A stretch of 64,000 nucleotides of DNA, from positions 12,710,001 through 12,774,000 of the forward strand of contig OZ038378.1 in the NCBI GenBank assembly GCA_964036045.1. The letters run 5' to 3'. Position numbers and translations under genes: made by a program. Positions 1 to 10,989 of the stretch are shown here, piece after piece (positions within the stretch are counted from its first letter, which is position 1; each line of letters opens with the position of its first letter). Source of the DNA: Eutreptiella sp. 'Long Island Sound 2002'. Lineage: Eukaryota > Protista > Euglenida. The notes under the pieces were generated by a model that ran no database searches, had not been told where the DNA came from, and worked only from the letters and a program-made list of their open reading frames with translations.

Positions 1-531
1 AGAGTAACCCAACTCCTTCAGACCTTGGTCTAGGACTTCCCCCAATAGTTGATAGTCTTCAGTTTTGGAGGCCGCCATCATGTTCGAGGGCTCCTCCTTC
101 GATAGTCTCAGGTAACTCGAGGTATGTTCCGACTGCTCCAGTGGCACAGACTCTCTGTCACTGCCGTGGTCCACGTAGAGGAGGTAGGGCGCTTGCAGCG
201 TCAGGGATTGTATCTGGGAGTGCTGTACGAAGAAGTCAGTACCCAATACAAAGTCGAAGGCCTCAGTGTCCATCACATAGAACCGATGGGCGATAGTCCG
301 AGAGCCCATAGGTACCTCCACTTCACAGTCCCCGCAGCTGTGCACCACATGTCCATCCCCCATACGTATAGCAGCGGTGGTCATGGTGTTCTTCAGGCTC
401 CCACAAGGTAAAATTTTCTTGGCCACTATAGATATTGTGGCGCCAGTATCCAATACCCCCAGGTATTCACGTCCCCCTAGTCGGATACGTACCCAAAACA
501 CCAGGTCTTGGGTGCCACCAGAGCGTCCCCG
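1..531 (-). CDS. pol: retropepsin-type aspartic protease (start of pol), partial
   Basis: 177 open codons in the gag frame: ...EYLGVLDTGATISIV... (DTG at 442-450) ...FYVMDTEAFDFVLGTDFF (typical retropepsin C-terminal xLGxDF motif). Confidence 0.85.
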
Positions 532-3036
532 TCAGAACTCCGCGGGACAGGTCACCTCGAACCCCTTGTTCCGCAATTTGCGGGCCATCCTCATGAAACG
601 GCTCCTCTTCTTAGCGTTGCCGTCATCACCACCTTCATGCTCACGCTTGGCTCCTTTTTCTTGCTGGGCCTGCGTTTGTGAGCGTGTGGTAGGTCCAGAC
701 TGCCCTCCAGAGGACTCGGAGTTCCCCCCTGGATTAGGGTTGGGGTTGCCTCCGTTCTTGTCCTTGTTCTTGCTGTCGGGCTGGCGGTTAGCGCCTCCTC
801 CTCGTCCACCTTGACCCTTGTCTTGTCCTTGACCACGTCCTTTCGACTTGCCCTTGCCGGAGTCGTTGCCTTTGCTCTTGCCTCCACCTTTGCCTGAGCC
901 TTTGCCAGGATCTTCACCTTTAAGCTTCGCCGATAGGCGTTGCTTATGGTAGCACTCATCCTCGTAGTGCTTCCGCTTACCGCAGAATGCACACGTGATG
1001 GTGCACCGGTAATGATCCGGCAGCTTCGCTTTGGCGCCGGTGTTCTTCTCCTGCTGCTTCCCCTAGACTACGAAGCAGTCTCGCTGCTCGCAGTCAGAGG
1101 CGTGCTGCAGGTGGCCCTGCTCGTCTCTGGCATCACACCAGAATAGCTCCTTCACGTTCTCCATGAGACGGGCGTGGGCGTGTTTGGGGGTAGTCCCCTG
1201 CCCAGGTCGGGACCCTTGGTACCCTTTGCCATGGCCTCCAGAACCTCCACCACCAGGACGGTAGTTGTTCAAGTGCTGGTCGCTCTCCTTCTCCAGCGCC
1301 AGCTCGAGGAGCAGCACGCATAGATCCTCGTAGCGGAGGGATTTAGCCTTGCGCTCAGCCGTCGAACGGCACCCGTCCCATAGCTCTCAAGGGAGCTTGG
1401 CCACCAACCAGAACAGCAGGTCGTCGCTGCTGTAGGAACCGGGCGTCAGTCGTCCAGCCCAGTGGTCCAGGTCAGCCAACAGCTCAGAGACCCTGCCAGG
1501 TTTGGGGTTGTTGGGCAGCACGGGCAGGTTCTGGATCTCGGCCCTGATGGAGAGGTCGGTTTCGTAGGTCGGGTACTGCCTCTCCAGGGCAACCAACACA
1601 TCGGCAAAGGTGGCGGAGTTAGTTACGATCTGCCTGACCTGCTTCTCCAGGTACTTGGTCTTGCCGCACTGCAGGAGCAGGTCGCACTTCACTCGCCCAC
1701 TAGCGTGGGTTTGGCCAGTCAGTCGTAGGAACCGGCCAAAATTCTCAGCGAACTCGCTGAGGTCCTTGCCTGTGAACTCAGGCAGGTTCACCACGATCTT
1801 GGAGGTGGCAATAGCCTTCGCCTCCTGAAACCTGCGTCCTTCAGGGCGTCGGGTCTTCTTCTTCTTCTTCTTCTTCTTCTTCCCCCTTGAGTCCTCGGGG
1901 TCCTCCGGGTCATCGTCATCTGAGGGCGAAGAAGAATCCATCGACGGCGGCTCATCGTCGGAGGGGTCTCCGCCTAGATCACTGGAGCCATAAGGCTCCA
2001 CGTCCACCATAGCCCTCAAGGCTGTCAGCCCTAGCCGGTCCAGCTCGGCCCTCGTCCAGTTCGTCACGTGACTGCACGGCGGCTCGGCCGTTCTTGGCAC
2101 GAAGGGACTTCTCGCAATAGCTGCAGGCGTCGGCATCGGTCTGCTCCTCAGGCTCCCCAGGGTATTTGTCAACCCTGCCGCCAGGTGGTTAGCCTGTACT
2201 CGGTGGGGTGACATTCCCACCGAGATAGGTGACGCTTGGGGTGGGATCATCAGGGGCTCCAGCTTCTCTCTGATCTCTTGAGTGAGGTAGCCCACGATTT
2301 TTGAAGTGGCTCCTCGGAGCACCTCGTTGATCTCCGACCGCGTCAGGGACCTGTTGGAGGATCTTCCCGATCCTCTACTCCTGCCAACAAGAGACTCTGG
2401 TCCTCTCCTCAATCCACTCAAGGGTGCATACCCAGGTGCATACCCAGGAGCATACCCAGGAAAATCCACATAGGTTCCAGTAGCGTGTAGTGGATGGGGA
2501 TAGTCGGCCGCATACCATCGCGGCGCAGAGCTGGAAGCCACCGGCTCACTGGCAGTAGTTGCCTCATGGAGCGCAGTGGTAGGTGCGCCCATACCATAGG
2601 CGGGGTAGGGAGGCATGCCAGTAAAGCCTGTGCCCTCTGCCATAGGCGGGTTGGTTGTGGAAGTGGATGTTGCAGCGGCTGGGAGTGTGGTGGTTATAGG
2701 AGAGGGTGATGCGTGGAGGCCAGAAGCGCTTGGTGCGCCTTCGAAGGTAGGGTCATGCGTCAGGTCTTGCCCTTGTTCCTCTCCTTCGTCTGCTTCTCCT
2801 CCAGCATCCTTCTCGCTCTCCTTCTCTCTCTTCCTCTTCACAGGCTGAGGCTGAGAGACCACTTCTTCGACAGACAGGGCCCCGAAGGCCGTCTGGAGTC
2901 CATCCAGGGAGTCCTCAGCCGCATCCACTGGCCCATGTAAGGGCTCTGCCGAAGGTACAGCGCCAGGTGCCGGTCTTGCCGGTGCCTCAGGCGCTGGCGC
3001 CGTCTTCACGTCGGCGTCCTCCTTCCTTGTGTCCAT
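532..3036 (-). pseudogene. gag: gag (capsid-like domain + CCHC zinc knuckle) with two internal nonsense codons
   Basis: The 549-aa ORF (LPEFTGKDLSEFAENFGRFLRL...) continues in the same frame past TGA at 1387-1389 and TAG at 1063-1065 to C-x2-C-x4-H-x4-C and a G/K-rich tail, ending at TGA 532-534. Confidence 0.8.
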
Positions 3037-3541
3037 CTTCAGTCACCCTTCTGCTTATATTTGCCCGTACTCGGCGCACTGGATGTACGGCACGGGGTTG
3101 CTGCCGGTGCGCAGAGACCGGCTGCCTCTTGCTACCAGAAAAGTTTATAGTGTTTTCAGCACTGTGTTTTTGCTTCTCCTGCTGCTTGCTGTTGCTGTAG
3201 GGTGTCCTGCTGCTTGTTTTGGTAGATGAAAAGCTTTTGTTTGTTGAAATAGAGTAAATCCAAGTCAATCCAGGATAGCCCAAGCCAGAAGTATGCAAGG
3301 AGAAGAGAATCAGGATCAAAGCATGAAGGGCTGCAGTGTATACAGTGAAAGATGATTGAATATTCACAGAAACTGCAACTCAGGTCGCAAATGAATGCAT
3401 ATTCACAAAGATAGCTGAAATGTTTTGGAAAAGAGTTAGAAAACTGCCCCATGGTCACTCTATCTCCATAGTGCCATCTCAGGAGATGTGCACTCTTTGT
3501 TTTGGGTCCCATATGTGCTGAGGTGGCAGGGCATGTGGCGA

Positions 3542-3555
3542 TGAGGTCACTGCCA
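3542..3555 (-). promoter_or_regulatory. putative primer-binding site
   Basis: Minus strand TGGCAGTGACCTCA immediately follows ...TGTGACA (LTR-like CA end), about 500 bp upstream of gag. Cognate tRNA not identified. Confidence 0.45.
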
Positions 3556-3888
3556 TGTCACATGGGATCTTCCTACTTAGCTAGGCTGACCAGGAATTGA
3601 ACCCAGGACCTCTCAAAAAGAGGTGCCCAGCCCCCTAGGGTGCGTACCACTAGGATAGCTAAGAATTCATGGAAAAATATAGATAAATTCATAGGCTCTA
3701 CTTTGGATATGTCAGTTCTCAGTCAACTCAGGAAAAGATGAATAGCTTCACATTGAAAGGGGATTAAGGGGTCCACTCCATATCCTGATTGGGTGTTTGG
3801 TTCCATAGGTCAAAATGTGTTATCACCACTTTTGGTTGGACCAATACTAAGATAAAAATGCACGGATGCTCAGTGCATCTCTAATACA
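3556..3888 (-). repeat. putative 5' LTR (about 333 bp, TGT...ACA)
   Basis: Minus strand begins TGTATTAG (3888) and ends TGTGACA (3556) next to the PBS. The second LTR is outside the window, so the left boundary of the LTR is unverified. Confidence 0.35.
3583..3660 (-). other. tRNA-derived segment with Pol III A/B-box-like motifs
   Basis: Minus strand: ...CCTAGTGGTA...GAGAGGTCCTGGGTTCAATTCCTGGTCAGCC. The 3' half resembles a tRNA variable loop, T-arm and acceptor (GGTTCAATTCC at 3593-3603), but no complete cloverleaf can be drawn. Confidence 0.5.
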
Positions 3889-3901
3889 ACTAGAGTATGC
3901 C

Positions 3902-4833
3902 TCAAAGCAATGGAAAAGCACTTTTTCTTACTAGCATCGCTCTGTGTTTGATTGCTTTTTGATCCTGTGGTGGGCCAGCCGCCGTTAGGATGTCCAAATG
4001 CGCACTGATGGCGGATCGTTTGTGCGTAAGATCAATGATATTTTGCGCTGCCGAGAGGGTCAGGGCCCTCATTATTTGGTCTGGTCCATTGGTGTGCTGG
4101 GCCACTTCTTCCATCACAGTGTCTGTGTTGGCTTCGGAGGCTCGTTCCATGACCTTCGTGAAGTAGGCTTGTAGGGTCTGTTGACTTTGTGACGATAGTA
4201 TTTCTTTGAAGTGCTGCTTGTCTGGATCCCATTGATGCGGACCCAGAGCCGGGTTTAGGAGGGTTACCAGAACCACATTAGCTTGGAGTTGTTTTTGGGG
4301 GACGATGGTCATATATTCTAGATCTTACTGCCTGGAGATGTCAAGCAGTTGCTGTGCGACCGGCAGGTCCACGAGCGGGATAGGGATCATGTTCAAGTCA
4401 CCCGAGAAGATGGTGTTCGTAGATGTTGTTCCACTGCAGCTCGCCATACTCAGGAAGGGGTGTCCGCCCTTTCACCAGTAAGCGGTTGTGACTGGGGGGG
4501 AGCTCAGTCACACCAACAGGACCGGGAGATGTCCACGCGTTGCCCTTGCGGCCGCGGTGGAGGTCTCTAGGCGCCTGGGGATGCAGGAGAGGACCCGGGG
4601 CCCAGAGGCTCAGTGTGCAAAGAGGCGACCGGTGTTCGGCTGACCTTCAAAAGCGCTGAGTACAGCAGGTCGTTCGTCCACTCTTGCGTACTTGCTGAGC
4701 AGTGGTGCGTCCGTTGCGGCTGGAAAGCGCTTGGAACGGCTGAGAGATCGTCTCCGTAGTACTCCTCGTTGTGGCCGATGCTTTAATTGTGCCTAGGGGC
4801 ATGATCCCCGGTAGGCAGTTCATGAAAAGACAT
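3902..4833 (-). pseudogene. decayed intronless ORF headed by a spliced-leader copy (retroposed mRNA or retroelement ORF)
   Basis: ATG at 4833 abuts the SL. MSFHELPTGDHAPRHN*SIGHNEEYYGDD... breaks by stops and frameshifts, and a 136-codon open tail remains (3902-4312). Product not recognised. Confidence 0.55.
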
Positions 4834-4859
4834 CGAAAAAGGATAGACACTCAGAAAGG
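4834..4859 (-). other. genomic copy of the euglenid spliced leader (SL) exon
   Basis: Minus strand CCTTTCTGAGTGTCTATCCTTTTTCG versus Euglena SL ACTTTCTGAGTGTCTATTTTTTTTCG: 23/26 identical, no gaps. It is followed by ATG, not by the GT donor of an SL RNA gene. Confidence 0.85.
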
Positions 4860-7382
4860 TGAAGGACTAGGGGCCTTTCGGGGGGGAACTTGACTGTGTG
4901 TTGGGCAGCGGAGATGGAGGGCAATCAGGTGGCGAGTGTGAACTTGGGATGGCAAAGGAGATGGACTCCATCTTGCATTGCCGATTCACCACCCTCAACC
5001 CATCTTGGTAGTATTCCAAGTGGAGGAGTCCGTCTTCAGCCATCCCAACCACCGTGGCAGGAGGCCGCAAGCCATTTAGGAAATTTGTGGTGGGGAAAGG
5101 CAGCACTCGCAACATAAAATACACTGCCCCACCACGAAAATTTTGTACACCGACACTACACGCCCCGCACTGCCCCTCAACCCTCCGAGTCCGAGCCGGT
5201 GTGGCCTAATCCCTGAAGACAATCCCTGGGACCAACCCCTCTACAAACTTGACATATGACAATGGATTCTTGCACTTGGTGGTGGTGTCGGCTGCGGGCT
5301 AGTTACTGTGTTTTCACCAACCCATAGCAGGTTGGCCCCCCTGTGGCGTCCTCCCCTTGTCTATGTTTTCCCCCACAGGTGTGGAATGCCACTCCCCAGC
5401 GCACCGTACCCCTGCCTGTGTTCTACCTCCGATCTTCGCCCTTCTCTGTGTGTCACCAATCACTCCACAGCAGTGCGCTCTGCCCCAAGCGAAAAGTGAC
5501 CCTTTGTGCCTGATTGACCAATCATGCGTGAATGTCATCCCCCTCCCGCTCTGATAGTGTATGACATGCAACCTGCTTATTCACCTTCGGCCTTCAATCT
5601 TCACTCCGCTGTCTTTTTCAGCCTCCCGTCATTGTGCCGCACAGTGTTATGTGTTCATCTGTTTTTTGTTTGGTTGAGACCTAAGATTGACACGAAGAGA
5701 GCGCGTGTTCAACAGATCCCATTTGCCCACAAGGGGGGCACCGGGCAGTTCAGGTCATTAGTCCACGTACAATGTGGTTCAGCATGCGTGACTTCCAAAA
5801 ACTGTTCCACACCCGACCGGGCGTTGCACTGTGCAAACACCCTCCCCCCTTCCCCAGTCCACAGTGAACGATTGCCTGGCGTGTTCCATGCCCGTCCCCG
5901 TTCAGTACAAGTGGACAGGCCTCCAAATTGCAATCTCCCCACCACCGCAGGAAACAACACCGCATAGCCGAGCAACAATGCGGCAATCAATCCTTCTTCG
6001 TCGTTTTTTGTTGTTCATCCGCCAGTCCTGAGTTCGGCCTCTGTTGGGGCGCAGAATCATGGCCACGCCGCCATCCGTAATGGTTTCACTTGCTGGTCTG
6101 TATGGGGGTGTTTCACATAAAACGGCCCCCACATTCCCACTAGCGGTATGCAACACCATCAAGGTATGCCTTTCAGCCATGCATCTGCCAAGAGACGCCG
6201 AAAACAAAATGTGCTTTCCTGCAACAATGTCTCCATCAATCCTTCCACAATACCATCTGCCCAGTGGGGCCCATTGTTTGACGGGCTACATATCATCACC
6301 TTTCATTCAACTTGTGTGAGTAATAGCTCCTCACACAACGAAGGGTGGCCAAAGCAACCACGGCACAAGATGCCCGGGCAGTGCATGTAACACATGTAAC
6401 ATGTCGGCTGTAGGAAGGCCACGGACAATGTGGCACAGGGGCAAATGCAGGCCGCCTGCCACCGCGCAACATCAGAACGGAGCAATGATTGAGAATGTGC
6501 AACATGTCGCTACCATCAGCAACCGCATTGGGCATGTGAGCGAATGGAAGGAATGCAAAGCAAAGCAGCCGCAAACACTGCGAGCTTCTCAAGGATAAAC
6601 AAAGGGCTAGTGTGAAGCGTGCAGTGCAAGCCAAACCCCAGCTGCTTGTGAACCACCAAGCGTCCAGCGCAGACACCCACCGTCGCTCTAGTACCGTGTG
6701 GAGGCGGTTCAGCGAACAGTAGGTGCATCCCCTGCGGGGCTGTGGGTTCATTCGAAATCCATTTTTTTGCTTCCTCGAACAACCATGTGAGATGTTAGGC
6801 ATGGTTGACAGGAGATCTTTCACAACCCAGCAACTTCGCCACCAAGCTCGGAATTCCTCACTGAGGCATACAGTGCAGACAATCCGACATGAATCGCAAA
6901 TCTTGTGGGGCGAGGGGACGCAAGGGGGGTTTTCCGGTACACACAAATGCCCGAAAACATCTCATTAAGAACCGCTGTGCTTCACAAACAGAGCAGCCCT
7001 GCAAGTCGCTTGCGGGTTGCTTCACCCAGAAGGATTGCATATATGCGACCAAGAAGAGAAGCCAAACTGGATTGACAGGGAAACGGCACTAGTTTGAAGG
7101 GTGCAGTTAGACAGAGCGCATCCCGTATAAAAGACAGACTGCGCACCGCCCTTGAGTGTGCAGAACCAGGGACTGTGCGCAGCCCTGGGCGGTGCAGTGC
7201 CTCGCAAAAGTTAGTGCTTTGATTTAAACATCACGCAGAAGGCGTCAGCTCCTGTTGACACAGCTACCAAACAACAATGATGCCCAAAGTACCACAAAGT
7301 ATGGGTTTCTACTACAGCCAGACACCCAAATAGTTGCACTGCGTGTGCACTGCGCTTAAGGCGCCCCCTTAGTGTATGTATT

Positions 7383-7434
7383 GTTTTCAAACAACAACAG
7401 GCCCCCAACACAGGGACAAAAATTGGGGAAAGAG
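7383..7434. repeat. 52-bp direct repeat, copy 1
   Basis: GTTTTCAAACAACAACAGGCCCCCAACACAGGGACAAAAATTGGGGAAAGAG; one mismatch to 10990-11041. Confidence 0.9.
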
Positions 7435-8504
7435 CGGGGGACCAAGGCACCCACAGCATTGCTGATTGTCCCCGCCTTGGTGTCAATCTGCTTTCCAATA
7501 AAACCGAGTCTCTCAGTCGGATCCGGTTCGGACTTTGGCCCCACAATAAAACCCGCACGTCTCAGCCTGCGAATGCAGTCCCTCACAGCCCCCCGCAGAC
7601 GACTCTTGCTCCTGCACGACAGTAAAATGTCATCCAGATACACCCAACCCCGCACACCACGTCTCGACAAGGCCCCCCGGATAACAGAGGATACCAGCTT
7701 TTGGCATATCACTGGGCTATAGGCCCATCCGAATGGCAGCCTCGCATACCGGAAACGCCTACCCGACCGCCCCCCCACCACAAAAACACTGCGCCAGGCG
7801 GGGGGGACGCGGATGCTCCAGTAAGCATTCTGCAGGTCCAGCTTTGCCAGAAAAACACGGCACCTACCCCCCCCCCACACGCCGAGGGCGCGCATGCCCC
7901 ATCCAGTGGCGGATGGCCTCCAGCCCTGGCAGTCGGAATTTCGGGGGCTTCCGGGGGTCGCTTGCGTTGACTCTCCGCGCATCAAGAATGGCTCGGCATT
8001 TGAGCGCATTCTTCCACGTAAGGAACATTTTTGCCGTCTCGGGGCGCTTTGTTCTGCGCAGTCCCTTAGTCTCAGTTCTGAGGGACTCCAGCATTGCATC
8101 CACGGGCCCCGACTTACCCCCATGTGACTTTTCAATCCCCGCTCCCCCCGTAACTGCCTCCGGTATACCCCCAGCAAGTCACGAGGGACCAAGCTGTTCC
8201 AGATCTTGTCTGACACTGTCACACACCCCGCTTCCCCCACCCCCCGAGCAGCCATGTCCTCGGTAACCACCCCCTCCTCGTCGCTGCTACTGTAGTATCC
8301 ATCGTCCTCCTCGTCTAAGTCCCCCTCCCCAACTTTTGTTAACACACTGCACAGTGTATCCAAACCCTCCTCCCCACACTCCAGCCTGAGCACCGCCTCA
8401 CCCATCCCTGTAATGAGGTTACGCACCATCTCTTGCCTGTGCACCTTGACGCCCCGCATTTCGCTTATCGCCCTCGCCGCATCTCGCAACCGCCCTAGAA
8501 GCAC
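7435..8504 (-). pseudogene. reverse transcriptase (DIRS/VIPER-like), frameshifted, RNase H absent
   Basis: MFLTWKNALKCRAILDARRVN (frame of ORF 7864-8103), then LAKLDLQNAYWSI, RLPFGWAYSP, YLDD (7629-7640), GFIVGPKS, LGFIGK. Coding similarity stops at the direct repeat. Confidence 0.85.
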
Positions 8505-8554
8505 TCACACTCGGGGACACTGTCCTACCTCGTTTCCGTGCACCCTCACCCCCC

Positions 8555-9647
8555 TCAGGCGATCCCCCAGCAAGTCGGGAAGCTTCCCCGGCCGCGAAGG
8601 CGATCTCCCGGCGTATCCATGACGGCCAGAATGAGAGCGTAGAGCCCTGCTTCGTGCAGTAGCCCGGCTCTGCCCCCCCCCCCCCCCACAGGCCATGGGA
8701 TTTTTCCCAAGCGGGCAAACTTCCACCTGGGAGGGGCCTCGGTATACATCTGCGCAACTTTTGCTGACTTCCACCCCCCCCCACAGCATAATTGTTGTGA
8801 GCGGTGCCCCCATTTTCCGGAGTTGCGCTGCCCCCATCCTACGGAAGCTATGCCACCGGACAGTCTTCTTTCCCTCCCCCCTCTCCAGCAGGCTGACCAA
8901 CGTTTTCCCCAGAGCCTCCCTGGACTCGTGCCACGCCCCTCTGTCGGGGTGGAATCCTTTGAGCGCTCTGAGTTTTGCCAGGAATTGCAACCATGCTCGC
9001 ACCCAGGGCCTCACTTCTTGTCTCTGGACCCCCCTCCTGGACTTCGTGCCAAAAAATCGCAACCCCTCATCTTCCTGTCCCACCCCACCGCCCGCCTCGG
9101 AGCCCCGCAGGCAGTGTCCCACTGATATGCACGCCAGCGCCACCGCCTCCCATTCTGCGAAGCTGGAGGCAGCCGCACACAGCCTGCACAAGTCCTCCAG
9201 TTGCGCCCACTCCTTCGCCTCCGCCCGCTGTTCTTTGCACCGCCGCTGGTCGATAGACATAACCAAGTACCAATCAGACTTCCGCACCACCGGGGCAAGC
9301 CACGCCATCTTTTCGGCCAGCCTCGCCGCAGCCAGAACGAGCTTTGCGGTGCTCTCTGACAGGTCGCCCTGCACAATCTGCATGAGCCTGGCCTCCAGTA
9401 CACCCCGAGCACCGTCGCCTGGTCGCATCCGCTCCAGCCTTGCCAGTCGCCTGAGCTGCCGTAGATACCCGTCGAGGGTACCATCCTGCAGGCCCCGCAC
9501 CGTAGTGGCATCAAAATTTGTCCCGTACTCATCAGCCATCGCCGCCTCGAGTCTGTCGCGCGCTGCCGCCCACGGCCACTCGCGCTCGCTCTCCTCGTCG
9601 TCCTGCGTGCCCCCTGCAGCCCCGTCTCCAGCGTCATGGCTTCGCAG
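8555..9647 (-). CDS. tyrosine recombinase (frameshift in a G9 run at 8774-8782)
   Basis: CLRGSE (R), GTKS (K), WHSFRRMGA (H-x-x-R at 8838-8852). Removing one G gives WGGWKSAKVAQMY (W and catalytic Y). First ATG at 9539; the frame is open back to 9647. The C-terminal end is uncertain because of a second G run. Confidence 0.85.
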
Positions 9648-10838
9648 TCATTTCCTTCGGCCTTTACACCCGTGCTTCTCCCTGTCAAACCACCAATGGT
9701 GGCCACCACACTCCGGGCATGCCGTTTTTGGAGGGTTTTCGCAATTAACCCAGTCTCCTGTCTTCTTGCTGCGGAAGTGGCGCTTTCCATCTATCCATTT
9801 GAGCTCCGGCTGACTTGTGCTCCCCTGCGTGCCACCTCTGCTTTTACGCTTTGAGTGGCGCCCGGATGAGCTGGAGCTTGCTGTAGATGAGGTATCAGAC
9901 GCACTGTCGCTGCTACTGTCCGTGGACGACGATTCCGCGTCGGAGGACATGCGCCTCCCTTTTCCCCTTCGAGACGACCGGCGCTCCTTCATCTCCTTCT
10001 TTTTCTCCTTGCGCCCCTGCTTTTTGGCCTTCTTCTTGTTCTTCTTTTTGACCTCCTTTATTTTTGCCTTGACCGCGTCCTTACCGGACTTTTCGCAATC
10101 AAGGAGCAATTGCCACACATCGTCAATGATCGTGGACACCTCCGTCGCAGTCTCAGACTCCTCGGCCTCCATTAACCTTTCAACCAGGCGGCACAGTTTG
10201 ACCGTCCACCGCGGGGCCCCGGGCCTCTTTCTCATCCACCTGGCATTTTTGAAGCTGGGCTCCTTATACGTTAGTTCTTCCTCCTCGCCTTCCTCAGCGG
10301 CGGCCGGCCCCCCACCTCCTTCGCGATCATCGGCTCCGGCGCCCGCCTCCTCGTCCAGGGCCATGCCACTGTTGGTCTCGGGCTTTGCGCTCTTCCCCGG
10401 AGAGTGTCTCTCACCCTTGATCCCCACTCCTCCTCTCCTGTTCATCGATTTTCCAGGCGGCTTGGCGATCAAGTCGCAGACAGCGAACCCGACGGCCGCC
10501 TCTTCCGCAGACAGGCTGAACGCAGTCACCTCGACTCCCCAGGCAAGTGTCAACCCATACAGCAGCGCGTCGACGTACCGCTGCGGATCAGGGGATTGAA
10601 ATGAGATCCCCAGCGTCTCATGGAAGGTCCTGGCCAGCTTCACCGCACTCCAGCTGACTCCATCCCGAGACCATCCTGCCACGCCCGCCACCAGCACCTC
10701 TGTGCGATGCTGATGCGGGATCATGCGGGCCATCCAGGGCGTCTGAATCAGGTGGGCCCATGCCGTGGATTTTTCTGCGGGGTCTTCGTCTTTTAGGCGC
10801 CTCCAGTCCCATGCCCCATCATTTTTGGCCGAGCCCAT
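9648..10838 (-). CDS. ORF1, gag-like nucleic-acid-binding protein (396 aa)
   Basis: Intact ORF with ATG start, K/R-rich and S-rich tracts and a C-terminal CPECGGHHWWFDREKHGC motif; first ORF of the element. Confidence 0.7.
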   Translation of the reverse strand: MGSAKNDGAWDWRRLKDEDPAEKSTAWAHLIQTPWMARMIPHQHRTEVLVAGVAGWSRDGVSWSAVKLARTFHETLGISFQSPDPQRYVDALLYGLTLAWGVEVTAFSLSAEEAAVGFAVCDLIAKPPGKSMNRRGGVGIKGERHSPGKSAKPETNSGMALDEEAGAGADDREGGGGPAAAEEGEEEELTYKEPSFKNARWMRKRPGAPRWTVKLCRLVERLMEAEESETATEVSTIIDDVWQLLLDCEKSGKDAVKAKIKEVKKKNKKKAKKQGRKEKKKEMKERRSSRRGKGRRMSSDAESSSTDSSSDSASDTSSTASSSSSGRHSKRKSRGGTQGSTSQPELKWIDGKRHFRSKKTGDWVNCENPPKTACPECGGHHWWFDREKHGCKGRRK

Positions 10839-10989
10839 TGGATGACCCGATGTACCCCCGCCTTAAATTATAAAAAGGCTAAGGAGGGGAGGAGGTAGGA
10901 TGGGAAGCAGGTCCAGAGACAGGGGGGGGGAGGGTGCTGGGGGCCCGGTGGCAGAACTTTCGTTACCCCGCTTCGCTATACTAACTGCA

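Larger units (their letters stand above)
1..3888 (-). mobile_element. Ty3/Gypsy-like LTR retrotransposon, 5' portion (putative LTR, PBS, gag, protease); truncated by the window edge
   Basis: A single reading frame 3036->1 encodes a capsid-like gag, a CCHC knuckle (CAFCGKRKHYEDEC) and an aspartic protease (LDTGATISIV). Protease directly after gag, and ...TGTGACA|TGGCAG upstream. The LTR limit is inferred. Confidence 0.8.

Noticed and set aside
4391-4402. GDLN motif suggesting an APE endonuclease
   Set aside because: Isolated tetrapeptide; no other APE motifs in the surrounding frames.
8695-10599. Plus-strand ORFs of 372 aa and 260 aa
   Set aside because: Antisense shadows of the GC-rich YR and ORF1 genes; no motifs.
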